DNA of 64,000 bases from an uncultured cyanobacterium. GTDB lineage: Bacteria; Cyanobacteriota; Cyanobacteriia; Cyanobacteriales; CAWUOF01. The notes beneath the pieces were generated by a model. That model made no database searches and was not told the DNA's origin. It was given only the letters and a program-made list of their open reading frames with translations. The translations under genes were made by a program, and so were the position numbers. Shown here piece after piece: positions 49,201 to 58,936 of the stretch. How positions within the stretch are numbered: the first letter of the stretch is position 1; every line of letters starts with the position of its first letter. The DNA is taken from contig CAVUSO010000001.1 in NCBI GenBank assembly GCA_963744145.1, positions 1,600,001 through 1,664,000 on the forward strand, read 5' to 3'.

Positions 49201-52200
49201 GCAGAAAATAATTTAACAAAACTTAAGTGCTCAACACCTGACGGTATCAAAGGTTAGGAAACTAGATTAAGTGCTTGCACAGTTTCTTGAGGTAAGTGTG
49301 CTCAACACCTGACGGTATCAAAGGTTAGGAAACGGTTCTTCCGCAGGCGTTTCCATCCCACTGGTGCGTGCTCAACACCTGACGGTATCAAAGGTTAGGA
49401 AACACTTGGAACTATTCACAATGGAAAAGAACCCTATACCGTGCTCAACACCTGACGGTATCAAAGGTTAGGAAACTAAAATCTACCAAATGGTTAGCTG
49501 CTTTCCACATTTGTGCTCAACACCTGACGGTATCAAAGGTTAGGAAACGACCAGTAGAAAAAAACTGGCTGCCGCTGCTGCATGTGCTCAACACCTGACG
49601 GTATCAAAGGTTAGGAAACTCTGCTAGCAAAAGTTTTATCATCTGCACTAATATTGTGCTCAACACCTGACGGTATCAAAGGTTAGGAAACTGGGAGATT
49701 ATTAAACAATCTCCCATTCACTTAGGTGCTCAACACCTGACGGTATCAAAGGTTAGGAAACTATGGCTTTGGAACCATCAATCAAAATGATTGTTTGTGC
49801 TCAACACCTGACGGTATCAAAGGTTAGGAAACCAGAGGTTAAGAAACGAAAACAAAAGCTAGATGTCGTGCTCAACACCTGACGGTATCAAAGGTTAGGA
49901 AACATTGATCGTGTGATTTATGCCCGCTTTGTTCTAGGAGTGCTCAACACCTGACGGTATCAAAGGTTAGGAAACTATCGAATTTTCGATAGTGATATTA
50001 ATTCCTGTTCGTGCTCAACACCTGACGGTATCAAAGGTTAGGAAACCAATAATGGAGGAGTAGCCGGAGAAAACGAAACTACTGTGCTCAACACCTGACG
50101 GTATCAAAGGTTAGGAAACTTACTTAAATGGCAATGTAAACATATTGCTGGTATAGTGCTCAACACCTGACGGTATCAAAGGTTAGGAAACCTCTCCCAT
50201 CTTAACTTCCCCAGTGGTCAGTTTCACGTGCTCAACACCTGACGGTATCAAAGGTTAGGAAACGAACAAAAATATCAGGGTGAACTGCCCATCACACCCG
50301 TGCTCAACACCTGACGGTATCAAAGGTTAGGAAACATTGAATTTGCTGCAACTGTTCAAGCAGATATTTACGTGCTCAACACCTGACGGTATCAAAGGTT
50401 AGGAAACTGCATCTAGATCGGATTGCGATCGCTGAATCAGAAGGTGCTCAACACCTGACGGTATCAAAGGTTAGGAAACTCGTGGTCAATCGCCATTTAT
50501 TGCGGAAGTACCATAGTGCTCAACACCTGACGGTATCAAAGGTTAGGAAACTGTTTGGCTGCATCAGTCCCCCCCTCTTTATCTCGTGCTCAACACCTGA
50601 CGGTATCAAAGGTTAGGAAACTTGAGAAGTTCCAGCCGGAATACTGGGAGGAGAATATTGTGCTCAACACCTGACGGTATCAAAGGTTAGGAAACAACTG
50701 AAGAAATTAGATACTTACCTCTCAGTGATTGTGCTCAACACCTGACGGTATCAAAGGTTAGGAAACTCGGGGGCAACTACCTAGGATTTTGCATTAAAGA
50801 TTTTATGCCTGACCGTGCTCAACACCTGACGGTATCAAAGGTTAGGAAACCTTCAGTTTGTTCAAGGGAATCTCTATCCGTCCCGTGCTCAACACCTGAC
50901 GGTATCAAAGGTTAGGAAACTCGAGCATCAGCTTATCAATATACCCAAGACCCGTCGGTGCTCAACACCTGACGGTATCAAAGGTTAGGAAACAATGTCA
51001 CAGCATGATACTCAGCCCGTTGATCTCAGAGTGCTCAACACCTGACGGTATCAAAGGTTAGGAAACTAAGAAAGGACTTGACTCTAACTCTGTTAGTTGA
51101 AAGTGCTCAACACCTGACGGTATCAAAGGTTAGGAAACTGTATCCTTTGGAAGAGATTTTGTACCTATATCCGTGCTCAACACCTGACGGTATCAAAGGT
51201 TAGGAAACCTGGACATAGTTCACTTACCTCTCTACAAAGGTAGTGCTCAACACCTGACGGTATCAAAGGTTAGGAAACAACAAGTCAATACCCATATCCG
51301 TGGTGGCAATATCACGTGCTCAACACCTGACGGTATCAAAGGTTAGGAAACTTTATACCCTTTTTCAGACGCATCCAGTGTAAACAGTGCTCAACACCTG
51401 ACGGTATCAAAGGTTAGGAAACTAGTGTTGCGTGACATGGGACTTCGCGAGTTTTTAGTGCTCAACACCTGACGGTATCAAAGGTTAGGAAACCAGTACC
51501 TTCAGCCTCTTCAGTCTCTAGAGCTTCTGGTGCTCAACACCTGACGGTATCAAAGGTTAGGAAACACGCAAAACGAAAAAAAACTGGAATTAATAATTTC
51601 GTCCTCAACACCTGACGGTATCAAAGGTTAGGAAACATAGTGAGTTGCAGATATGGACTATATCGGTGCCAGGTGCTCAACACCTGACGGTATCAAAGGT
51701 TAGGAAACTTCCCAGTATTCTTTCAGCTCTTCACTAACTTTACAGTGCTCAACACCTGACGGTATCAAAGGTTAGGAAACCAGATTAGTCGGGATACCAT
51801 AAACTGGTGTTGGTAAGGTGCTCAACACCTGACGGTATCAAAGGTTAGGAAACTTCTTGGACCGATGCAACCAGCACCAGCTGGTTACGTGCTCAACACC
51901 TGACGGTATCAAAGGTTAGGAAACGTTGAAGAAGGACCACAAGAACCAAAAAACACGATCAGTGCTCAACACCTGACGGTATCAAAGGTTAGGAAACATT
52001 GAGTGCAACATGTGATAAGTCATTACAGGTGACATCGTGCTCAACACCTGACGGTATCAAAGGTTAGGAAACGCTTGGAGCAAGTCAGGGTTCTAAACAA
52101 CAATAATGTGCTCAACACCTGACGGTATCAAAGGTTAGGAAACTGGGAACTTAGACGTGCAGCGGATAATCGAAAATATTTAGGTGCTCAACACCTGACG

Positions 52201-53340
52201 GTATCAAAGGTTAGGAAACACAAATGGCATTCTCATTTCTACGAATCTATACGGTAATGTGCTCAACACCTGACGGTATCAAAGGTTAGGAAACTTGGAT
52301 ATTGACGATATTGGATAATCAAAGTCCGGTGTGCTCAACACCTGACGGTATCAAAGGTTAGGAAACTCTTTCTACCATCGGAATACTTAATGCTATTACT
52401 TTGTGCTCAACACCTGACGGTATCAAAGGTTAGGAAACTATCGTGCGATTAATCCGTGAACTGGACTACACTATCAGTGCTCAACACCTGACGGTATCAA
52501 AGGTTAGGAAACCTTTGAAGCCAAGCATATTCCACAGCGTTTACCAAGTGCTCAACACCTGACGGTATCAAAGGTTAGGAAACTACCGCGCGAAATAAGA
52601 AGCCTAATTAATTGTACAATGACCTGTGCTCAACACCTGACGGTATCAAAGGTTAGGAAACCTGACTAATTGCAGGGATACACTAAGGAAGATACCGAAC
52701 AGTGCTCAACACCTGACGGTATCAAAGGTTAGGAAACAGCTAGCATTGACGTAACTTTATAACGTGCTGGGAAATATCGTGCTCAACACCTGACGGTATC
52801 AAAGGTTAGGAAACAAAGAACTTGGTATCCAGCAAATGCTTGCCGAATCTGGATAGTGCTCAACACCTGACGGTATCAAAGGTTAGGAAACTTACCCCCA
52901 ATCAGTGAAAAGACAGAGCGGTCAGAAAGAGTGCTCAACACCTGACGGTATCAAAGGTTAGGAAACATGCCTAGCTCTTTTGCATTACAAGAGTTATCGC
53001 AAGATGACGTGCTCAACACCTGACGGTATCAAAGGTTAGGAAACTACGATAGACGACCAGTACGGACGTAAATTATGTTTATGAGTGCTCAACACCTGAC
53101 GGTATCAAAGGTTAGGAAACTTGCTACTGGGACGGGCTATTTCTGCGGCGTTCATGTGTGCTCAACACCTGACGGTATCAAAGGTTAGGAAACATTTTAA
53201 TCTGGATAAGCATTACATGACAGTAATTGCGTGCTCAACACCTGACGGTATCAAAGGTTAGGAAACATGAACTTAAAGGCAGTTGGATACGCCAATAGCT
53301 TAGTGTGCTCAACACCTGACGGTATCAAAGGTTAGGAAAC

Positions 53341-53601
53341 CGCGATCGCTGAACATCTCATAGCATAAGCGTTTCTGGCATATTTTACAAGCATCACCAA
53401 TTTGGAAACTATAAAGCTAAAAAATTTAGGTGAAATACCCGTTAAGAGTGACCCTCTCATATACCAAAACCCTTATCTAGTCTAGGATTTACCATTTTGC
53501 AAGCATCTTACCTGGTTCCAAAACTACCTCGATCGCAGTCCAGACAACGGTTTTCAGCTTTAATTTATTCTGTAAAACCTCTACAAACAGCGATCCTTGC
53601 A
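53341..53601 (-). promoter_or_regulatory. CRISPR leader
   Basis: Non-coding 261 bp between the cas2 stop and the first repeat; contains the repeated motif attttRcaagcatc. Confidence 0.8.
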
Positions 53602-53895
53602 TCAGATAATTCGGTATGCTTCCTCTACTAAAGGCCAAGCTTGAGGACGATTATACAGATGTATTCCCTCAACACAGCGATTACATAGACGAATCAAAAG
53701 TAAGCTATCCTTAATATCTAAAACTTGCTCTAGTTCCCATCGTAGTTTCTCCCGTTCTCGCTGGCTTAACCAACAGCGAAAAATAGAGTATTGGATTCTT
53801 TCACCGTAGCCTTTAAGTAGTTTGTAAGCCTTACGCCAGCGTTTGGAGTCCCGAATATCGTAGGCTACCAGATACCAGTTTTGGGATTCAGCCAT
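53602..53895 (-). CDS. cas2: CRISPR-associated protein Cas2
   Basis: YLVAYDI, RIQYSIF, DSL. Confidence 0.96.
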   Translation of the reverse strand: MAESQNWYLVAYDIRDSKRWRKAYKLLKGYGERIQYSIFRCWLSQREREKLRWELEQVLDIKDSLLLIRLCNRCVEGIHLYNRPQAWPLVEEAYRII

Positions 53896-53904
53896 AATCT
53901 TACC

Positions 53905-55569
53905 TCATCGCATAACTAACTGACCAAATAATCCGCCTTCACCGTTCCACTCCTTTTCCAGCAACCGTACCTCTAGCTCCAATAGACGACGGTAAGTCAG
54001 GGAATAGCCTGTAGCTGGATGTTTCCAACTTTCTTGCTTACGACGTTCATATAGGCTAACCAACTTGTGCCGTCCTGGCTCACTTAACCATACCTGTTCA
54101 CCTCGTATGGTAAAATCTGCCTGCGCGTCCCACTGACCGCGATTGACTGCACCCATTACAATCACATCCACCAAAGGCACCCGAAAAACTTCCATCAAAT
54201 CCAGTGCTAGAGGTGCAGCCTGAGAGCGCGGTTGATGATAAAAACCCAATGCAGGTTCTAATCCCACAGTCAGAATACTATTCATCACATCTTTAAGCAG
54301 GAGTGCATAGCCAAAACTCAGCAGAGCATTAAATCGGTCTTTGGGTGGACGGCGATTGCGACCATTAAAATGTAGTTCTGGATTAACTTCTGCGGAAATC
54401 AGACAGGGCAATGCCCCAAAATACAAAGCAGCCAAATTGCCTTCCAAGCCTAGTAGAGATTCCAAGGACTTAGCTTTGGGAACTTGTTTAAGGATAAGTC
54501 GCATCTGAGCGATCGCCCGTTTCAAAGCCTCTGGTGCTGGTTTAACTCCTCTTGTCCCTCGCATCAAAAATTTCCGCTGCCCCTGACCGCGACAGCTCAC
54601 CAGTTTGCAAGCTAGCTCCAAACAAGTATTGGAATTGCTCAAAGCCTCATACTGGCGAATACGACGCTGGATACTACCTTGTCGAGAATCAAAGCTACCA
54701 ATATAACGCCCTCCTCCAGAGATAAAATGCACACCAATACCCTGGTCAGTACAAAAGTGTAAGGCTTGAGTAGAGATTTGGGAAAAGCTGTGCAGCACTA
54801 ACTGTCCTACCTGATGGGCAGGAATAGTTTCTACTGGTTGAGCGCGACGGACAATTTTGAGCTGTTCTCCAGTGCGCCCAACACTTGTACCGGGTTCAAG
54901 AATATGGATTACCTGGCGATCGTCATCTGCTGGAAATAAGCGAATCGTTTCCTGCTCCTGGTTATGGGCAAGTCGGGCTTCTTCTGGAAGACAAACCGGA
55001 GCTAAAGAACAGCGGATACAAAGCCGTTCATTATCTGTGACGGGTGGACGACAAGAAGACTGTCTGATTTCTCGCGCTTGTTCGATCGCAGCTTTAACAC
55101 TTGCTCGTCCTTCATCATCAAGAGGTACATGCACCAGTACATTATCAGCATGATAACGGATACGACCTTCTTGGATAGGGATATTCAGGGCTGATTCCAG
55201 CAAACAAGCATAAGCAAGAACTTGAATGCGATCGCTTTCCCAAGCTTGGGGTTGCTTATTCTCATCTCGGTGACAGCGACCACGTTTGTGTTCATAGGGA
55301 ATAGTTTGTCCATCACGAGTACGGAGAGCATCGAGCCGACCACGTAAACCTAGTTCTTCACTTTCAAGAAATAATTCTTCCCACTCTTCATCTTCTTTTT
55401 TTTCAATTTCAACGTGCAGCCTACGTCCGGCAAAAACAGCCGCATCTTGCGTGTAAAGTTCTTCGACTTCTTCGAGATAGAATAGACGAGGACAATAAGC
55501 TAAAGCATGAAGGGCAGAGACGCGAATAGTAGCTGGTGAAACATCAATTTCAGGCGCAAACATAATCAT
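53905..55569 (-). CDS. cas1: Cas4-Cas1 fusion (I-MYXAN type)
   Basis: Cas4 part: YCPR, G.LD, EHK, QVLAY, CIRCSLAPVC. Cas1 part: LLGLEG, RRPPKD..NALLSFGY, GFYH, LALDLME. GAGG-N5-ATG start at 55569. Confidence 0.95.
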   Translation of the reverse strand: MIMFAPEIDVSPATIRVSALHALAYCPRLFYLEEVEELYTQDAAVFAGRRLHVEIEKKEDEEWEELFLESEELGLRGRLDALRTRDGQTIPYEHKRGRCHRDENKQPQAWESDRIQVLAYACLLESALNIPIQEGRIRYHADNVLVHVPLDDEGRASVKAAIEQAREIRQSSCRPPVTDNERLCIRCSLAPVCLPEEARLAHNQEQETIRLFPADDDRQVIHILEPGTSVGRTGEQLKIVRRAQPVETIPAHQVGQLVLHSFSQISTQALHFCTDQGIGVHFISGGGRYIGSFDSRQGSIQRRIRQYEALSNSNTCLELACKLVSCRGQGQRKFLMRGTRGVKPAPEALKRAIAQMRLILKQVPKAKSLESLLGLEGNLAALYFGALPCLISAEVNPELHFNGRNRRPPKDRFNALLSFGYALLLKDVMNSILTVGLEPALGFYHQPRSQAAPLALDLMEVFRVPLVDVIVMGAVNRGQWDAQADFTIRGEQVWLSEPGRHKLVSLYERRKQESWKHPATGYSLTYRRLLELEVRLLEKEWNGEGGLFGQLVMR

Positions 55570-55590
55570 GAATACCTCAAGGATAAGAAT

Positions 55591-55626
55591 TAGGTAAGCG
55601 CCCAAAGGCATCAAAGATTAAGGGGA
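55591..55626 (-). repeat. Solitary degenerate CRISPR repeat
   Basis: 20/36 ungapped identity to the array repeat (12/14 at repeat positions 17-30); hairpin retained with a compensatory A-U to G-C change. Confidence 0.7.
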
Positions 55627-55673
55627 TTTTTGATAACGTTTTGCCGTATCAATAGTGCAATTAAACTCTGTGG

Positions 55674-56372
55674 CTAGTCTGGTTTTTTAGGTGTCCATAT
55701 CCAAGCATTACTTGGTGGATATATAGACGGTTCAACAATGGGTGCAAATAGGTAATTCGTGGTTTTACTATTATCAAGGCGATCGATACCTACAGTCAAT
55801 CGATGCGATCGCTTACGTGGTGCTGAATCAATTTCCATCTTTTCATACCAGTGAGTTAATGGTGGGTGATCAACAATATCAATTCGATCAAACAGGAAGT
55901 TATTGTCCCCTGCAAATGGCATACCGTATCGGCGATCATTTAGTTCACCTCGTAAACCTTGACGAATGCGATCAAATAAGCCGTCAAATTCACAAATACC
56001 GATGATCATATCTAAACCAACCAGTAACTCTCTCCGCACAGGTACAATCCAATACTTAGCACCATGTGTTTTTATTTTCAATTCCTTCCCCGAAGCTCCG
56101 ACAGGATAACTATGAAGCTGTTGATAAAGGGTGCATATTTCACTTTCCGAACCATCAACTGCACCGATCGCTAACTGCAAATGGGGAATATCTGAACAAA
56201 TTTGGGTTGTTGGTTTATCCAACCCTGTTCGCATTTCAATCCCTGCCAGATTTAGCACTAAACCCAAAGCAGCAGATGGAGGCATGATCGGCATTGTTGA
56301 GCGATAAACACCAGCTTGAAAACCACGATAGGCAGCAAAGGGTGCACGAACGCGCAACCACATACAATTCAT
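55674..56372 (-). CDS. cas5: Cas5 (DevS/Cmx5 type)
   Basis: LRVRAPFAAYR...PPSAALGLVLNLAG, LYQQLHSYPVG, RYGMPFAGDNNF. Confidence 0.92.
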   Translation of the reverse strand: MNCMWLRVRAPFAAYRGFQAGVYRSTMPIMPPSAALGLVLNLAGIEMRTGLDKPTTQICSDIPHLQLAIGAVDGSESEICTLYQQLHSYPVGASGKELKIKTHGAKYWIVPVRRELLVGLDMIIGICEFDGLFDRIRQGLRGELNDRRYGMPFAGDNNFLFDRIDIVDHPPLTHWYEKMEIDSAPRKRSHRLTVGIDRLDNSKTTNYLFAPIVEPSIYPPSNAWIWTPKKPD

Positions 56373-56381
56373 TACATTCTC

Positions 56382-57269
56382 CTAACCTAAAAATTCCTTC
56401 GCGATTTCAATTAGCAACTTTTGCGGATTTTCGTATAACTTGGCACCAGCATCTCCGTTTTCTAAACGTTTCCGTTCTTCAGCTTTCATATTGCGAACAA
56501 TCTCACCACCAATCCAAAACTCATTAGGTGGGAGATCTTCAGAATTCAATCGGGACAATTCAGGAAAGTTTCCAGTTTCATCAAAACCATAGGTATTAAA
56601 TCCTGCCACAAGACAAGGAGTAAGACGTGCAATAATACTCTTAGGAGCCATTTCGTAATAACTACGTGCGTGACCACCTGCTACATCTGAGAGTTCACTA
56701 ATTGCCTTAAGTAAAGCCTTTACCCAATTAGGCTGATCTTTACAGTCATTGTAAGCGAGAGCAAACGGATACTGATAAGCTGTATGAGAAATCTCACGAT
56801 GCAAAAGTGCCGAAGTAGATGAGTTTTTCCAAGGGCTATTTCCTGCATTGAGGGGAGATTGATGAAAAGTAGCATCAAATCGATAGGGATTTAAAGCTAG
56901 AGCCATATTCATTCGTAGAATACTATCGCGCTTTGGTGGCAATCCTTTGTTCTTTTTAATAGCATCATTATCTGCAACCATGAAGCCGAACAAGAAATCA
57001 TCAGCATATTTAGTAGCATTAGGGAATTCTTGAAACTCAACAGCAAGTTGGTCTTGATCATGCAAGCGTCGGCGGTTAGATGGTAAACCTGCGGCAATCA
57101 ACATTTCGCGCAAAGCATTACGCATAGACTCAGGACTGATGACGGTGTATTCCTTTTTGTCTTTCACAATTTTCTGGAGAACAGTACGGTTTTCTTCGCT
57201 TTCACCACGATAATTAGAACTTGGTGCAGCATAGGTGAGAATAGTTGCAAATAGATTCTTGTTAGACAT
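56382..57269 (-). CDS. cas7: Cas7 (DevR/Cst2 type)
   Basis: NYRGESEENRT.LQKI, ISPESMRNALRE, DDFLFGFM, VAGGHAR. Confidence 0.93.
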   Translation of the reverse strand: MSNKNLFATILTYAAPSSNYRGESEENRTVLQKIVKDKKEYTVISPESMRNALREMLIAAGLPSNRRRLHDQDQLAVEFQEFPNATKYADDFLFGFMVADNDAIKKNKGLPPKRDSILRMNMALALNPYRFDATFHQSPLNAGNSPWKNSSTSALLHREISHTAYQYPFALAYNDCKDQPNWVKALLKAISELSDVAGGHARSYYEMAPKSIIARLTPCLVAGFNTYGFDETGNFPELSRLNSEDLPPNEFWIGGEIVRNMKAEERKRLENGDAGAKLYENPQKLLIEIAKEFLG

Positions 57270-57289
57270 TGTTTTTCTCCTGTAATTAA

Positions 57290-57667
57290 TTAGCTGTTAG
57301 CTGAAAGAGCAAGCATGGTCAAAGTACGCACTTTGTCTGTATCTTCATAGAGATCGCGAGTGAGTTTTTCAAAACTTTCCTCATTCATTCTTCGCTGTGG
57401 TACAGAACAAAGGGTAGAAGCAAAGTAATTGATAAAATCTGACTTTTCGGTACGGCTACGAACTTCGAGAAAAGCTGATTTAGCAATCTTGACTTTCTTC
57501 TCACGATATTCACTTTCTTTCGGTGAACCTTGTACATCCTTCCACTTAAGTTGATATTTACTATCCAACTTAGTCAATACATAGGATTGCACTAATTTGT
57601 ATATGAGTTTCTCACAAGAGTATTCGGAAACTTCAAGATCGGGATTTTGTTCTGTTTCTTCGGTCAT
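57290..57667 (-). CDS. cas11: Putative Cas11 small subunit from an internal in-frame start in cas8 (125 aa)
   Basis: GAGGTG-N7-ATG in frame at cas8 codon 424 (MTEETEQNPD...), preceding a helical C-terminal domain. Confidence 0.7.
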   Translation of the reverse strand: MTEETEQNPDLEVSEYSCEKLIYKLVQSYVLTKLDSKYQLKWKDVQGSPKESEYREKKVKIAKSAFLEVRSRTEKSDFINYFASTLCSVPQRRMNEESFEKLTRDLYEDTDKVRTLTMLALSANS

Positions 57668-58936
57668 ATTTTCCACCTCATATTTGAATGATTCGCGAAC
57701 ATCATGACAGAAATAATCATTTGCCATCGTTTGTTCATAGGAAATAGTACATAGTAGCGAATCAAATCCTATATACCAAGCTTTATTACTTACTAGATTG
57801 AGCAATCTTTGGCGGCGAAATGTAGCGTGCCACAAATTGTTTCGGATGTCTCGATACTTATCAATCCATTCTGGTTCTGGTGGATCGAGCCTTATTGTAC
57901 CGAGAATGCGAACATTGTTACCTTGCTTTTCAGCGTGAATTACATCCACACCCATTACCAAATCACCGATGCTAGTTTCTAATCTAGAAACACGATCTCG
58001 CAATCTAGCCATCATATCTAAGGCTCCTTCTACCGCTAAATCAACTACAGCGTCACGAGGGCGATAGCCTGTAATTTCACTTCCGCGTTCTTTCAATAAC
58101 TCGAAAAATTCATCACAGAATGTTTTTAACTGTGCAATATCAGGAATAGCGATCGCATAGCCAACAAAATCGCGCTTACCTTCGTTGTTAATTACGGCTG
58201 GTATATAGATAGAAACTGCAAATACCCAAAAATGCAAAAGGAATTGATATCTTGCCCGATCCTTAAATGGTACATTTTCAGGATTACTAGCTTGCGCTCC
58301 TAAATAATAGGTACTCGGTAAGTCAACTGTAAACTCAGAAGGCTGTAAAAGTTCTTGCCAGATTTTATCAGCATCTTTGGTATAATAGTGACCCAAGGGC
58401 AAATTTACCCTTGATTCATAGGGTAATCGCGTGCTTGGAACACCGCGCAAAATACTCCAGAGCATATCTCGCCAAAGTTTAATCCACTTACCGCGATCGC
58501 CTTCAGGATCTGCATCAGCAATAAATGCACCTTTTGGCACAACTATCGGATAAATATAGACTTTTTTCTTGACAGGATTACCTTTTTTATCAACATCGTC
58601 TTTTTCTTCTTCTCGCAAATAAGGAATAACTTCCTTAGTACGAGAATTTTTCAAAACTTGCGTCCGTTCTTGTTCTTCCTCATTTGCAGCATAAACCTCA
58701 TTGAATAGAGCTTGTAAACCTAGTTGGTTAATTCGTAAAGTAACTGAGCGATCGCTTAAATGCTCAGTTTCACAAATTGCAATTCCATCCTGTTTCCATA
58801 GCTCAAAACGATTTAACCACCGCACCATCAAAACCAATCCTGCTAAACCAGCGCGATGCTGTGATGATGGCAACTCCGCCAAAGAATAGGTAAGATCCAA
58901 TACGTCAATATGTGTATTGATCTTTTTCTTAGCCAA
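57290..58936 (-). CDS. cas8: Cas8 large subunit (Cmx8 type)
   Basis: L.YSLAELPSSQHRAGLAGL, KW.KLWRDMLWSILRG, FLLHFW, RTLTMLALSA; TTG start with GGAGGAG; lies between cas3 and cas7. Confidence 0.92.
   Translation of the reverse strand: MAKKKINTHIDVLDLTYSLAELPSSQHRAGLAGLVLMVRWLNRFELWKQDGIAICETEHLSDRSVTLRINQLGLQALFNEVYAANEEEQERTQVLKNSRTKEVIPYLREEEKDDVDKKGNPVKKKVYIYPIVVPKGAFIADADPEGDRGKWIKLWRDMLWSILRGVPSTRLPYESRVNLPLGHYYTKDADKIWQELLQPSEFTVDLPSTYYLGAQASNPENVPFKDRARYQFLLHFWVFAVSIYIPAVINNEGKRDFVGYAIAIPDIAQLKTFCDEFFELLKERGSEITGYRPRDAVVDLAVEGALDMMARLRDRVSRLETSIGDLVMGVDVIHAEKQGNNVRILGTIRLDPPEPEWIDKYRDIRNNLWHATFRRQRLLNLVSNKAWYIGFDSLLCTISYEQTMANDYFCHDVRESFKYEVENMTEETEQNPDLEVSEYSCEKLIYKLVQSYVLTKLDSKYQLKWKDVQGSPKESEYREKKVKIAKSAFLEVRSRTEKSDFINYFASTLCSVPQRRMNEESFEKLTRDLYEDTDKVRTLTMLALSANS

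Larger units (their letters stand above)
43869..53340 (-). CRISPR. CRISPR array, about 111 repeats / 110 spacers, type I-B repeat
   Basis: 36-bp repeat GTGCTCAACACCTGACGGTATCAAAGGTTAGGAAAC (+ strand), i.e. GTTTCCTAACCTTTGATACCGTCAGGTGTTGAGCAC on the minus strand. 13 intact repeats, one repeat split by an IS, then 97 more (hand count). Orientation inferred from the leader next to cas2 and the TTGAGCAC 3' end. Confidence 0.99.

Noticed and set aside
43869..53340. Self-targeting or duplicated spacers within the window
   Set aside because: None seen by eye (best case an 11-nt inverse match between two spacers). An exhaustive alignment was not possible, so this is not excluded.
55570..55614. N-terminal extension of Cas4-Cas1 from TTG 55614 in the ORF track
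   Set aside because: A good GAGG RBS precedes ATG 55569, and the extension runs through the degenerate repeat.
58912..58921. gtgTATTGAT near the cas8 start as a target of the putative spacer at 55654-55627
   Set aside because: A 7-nt match in AT-rich DNA is expected by chance.
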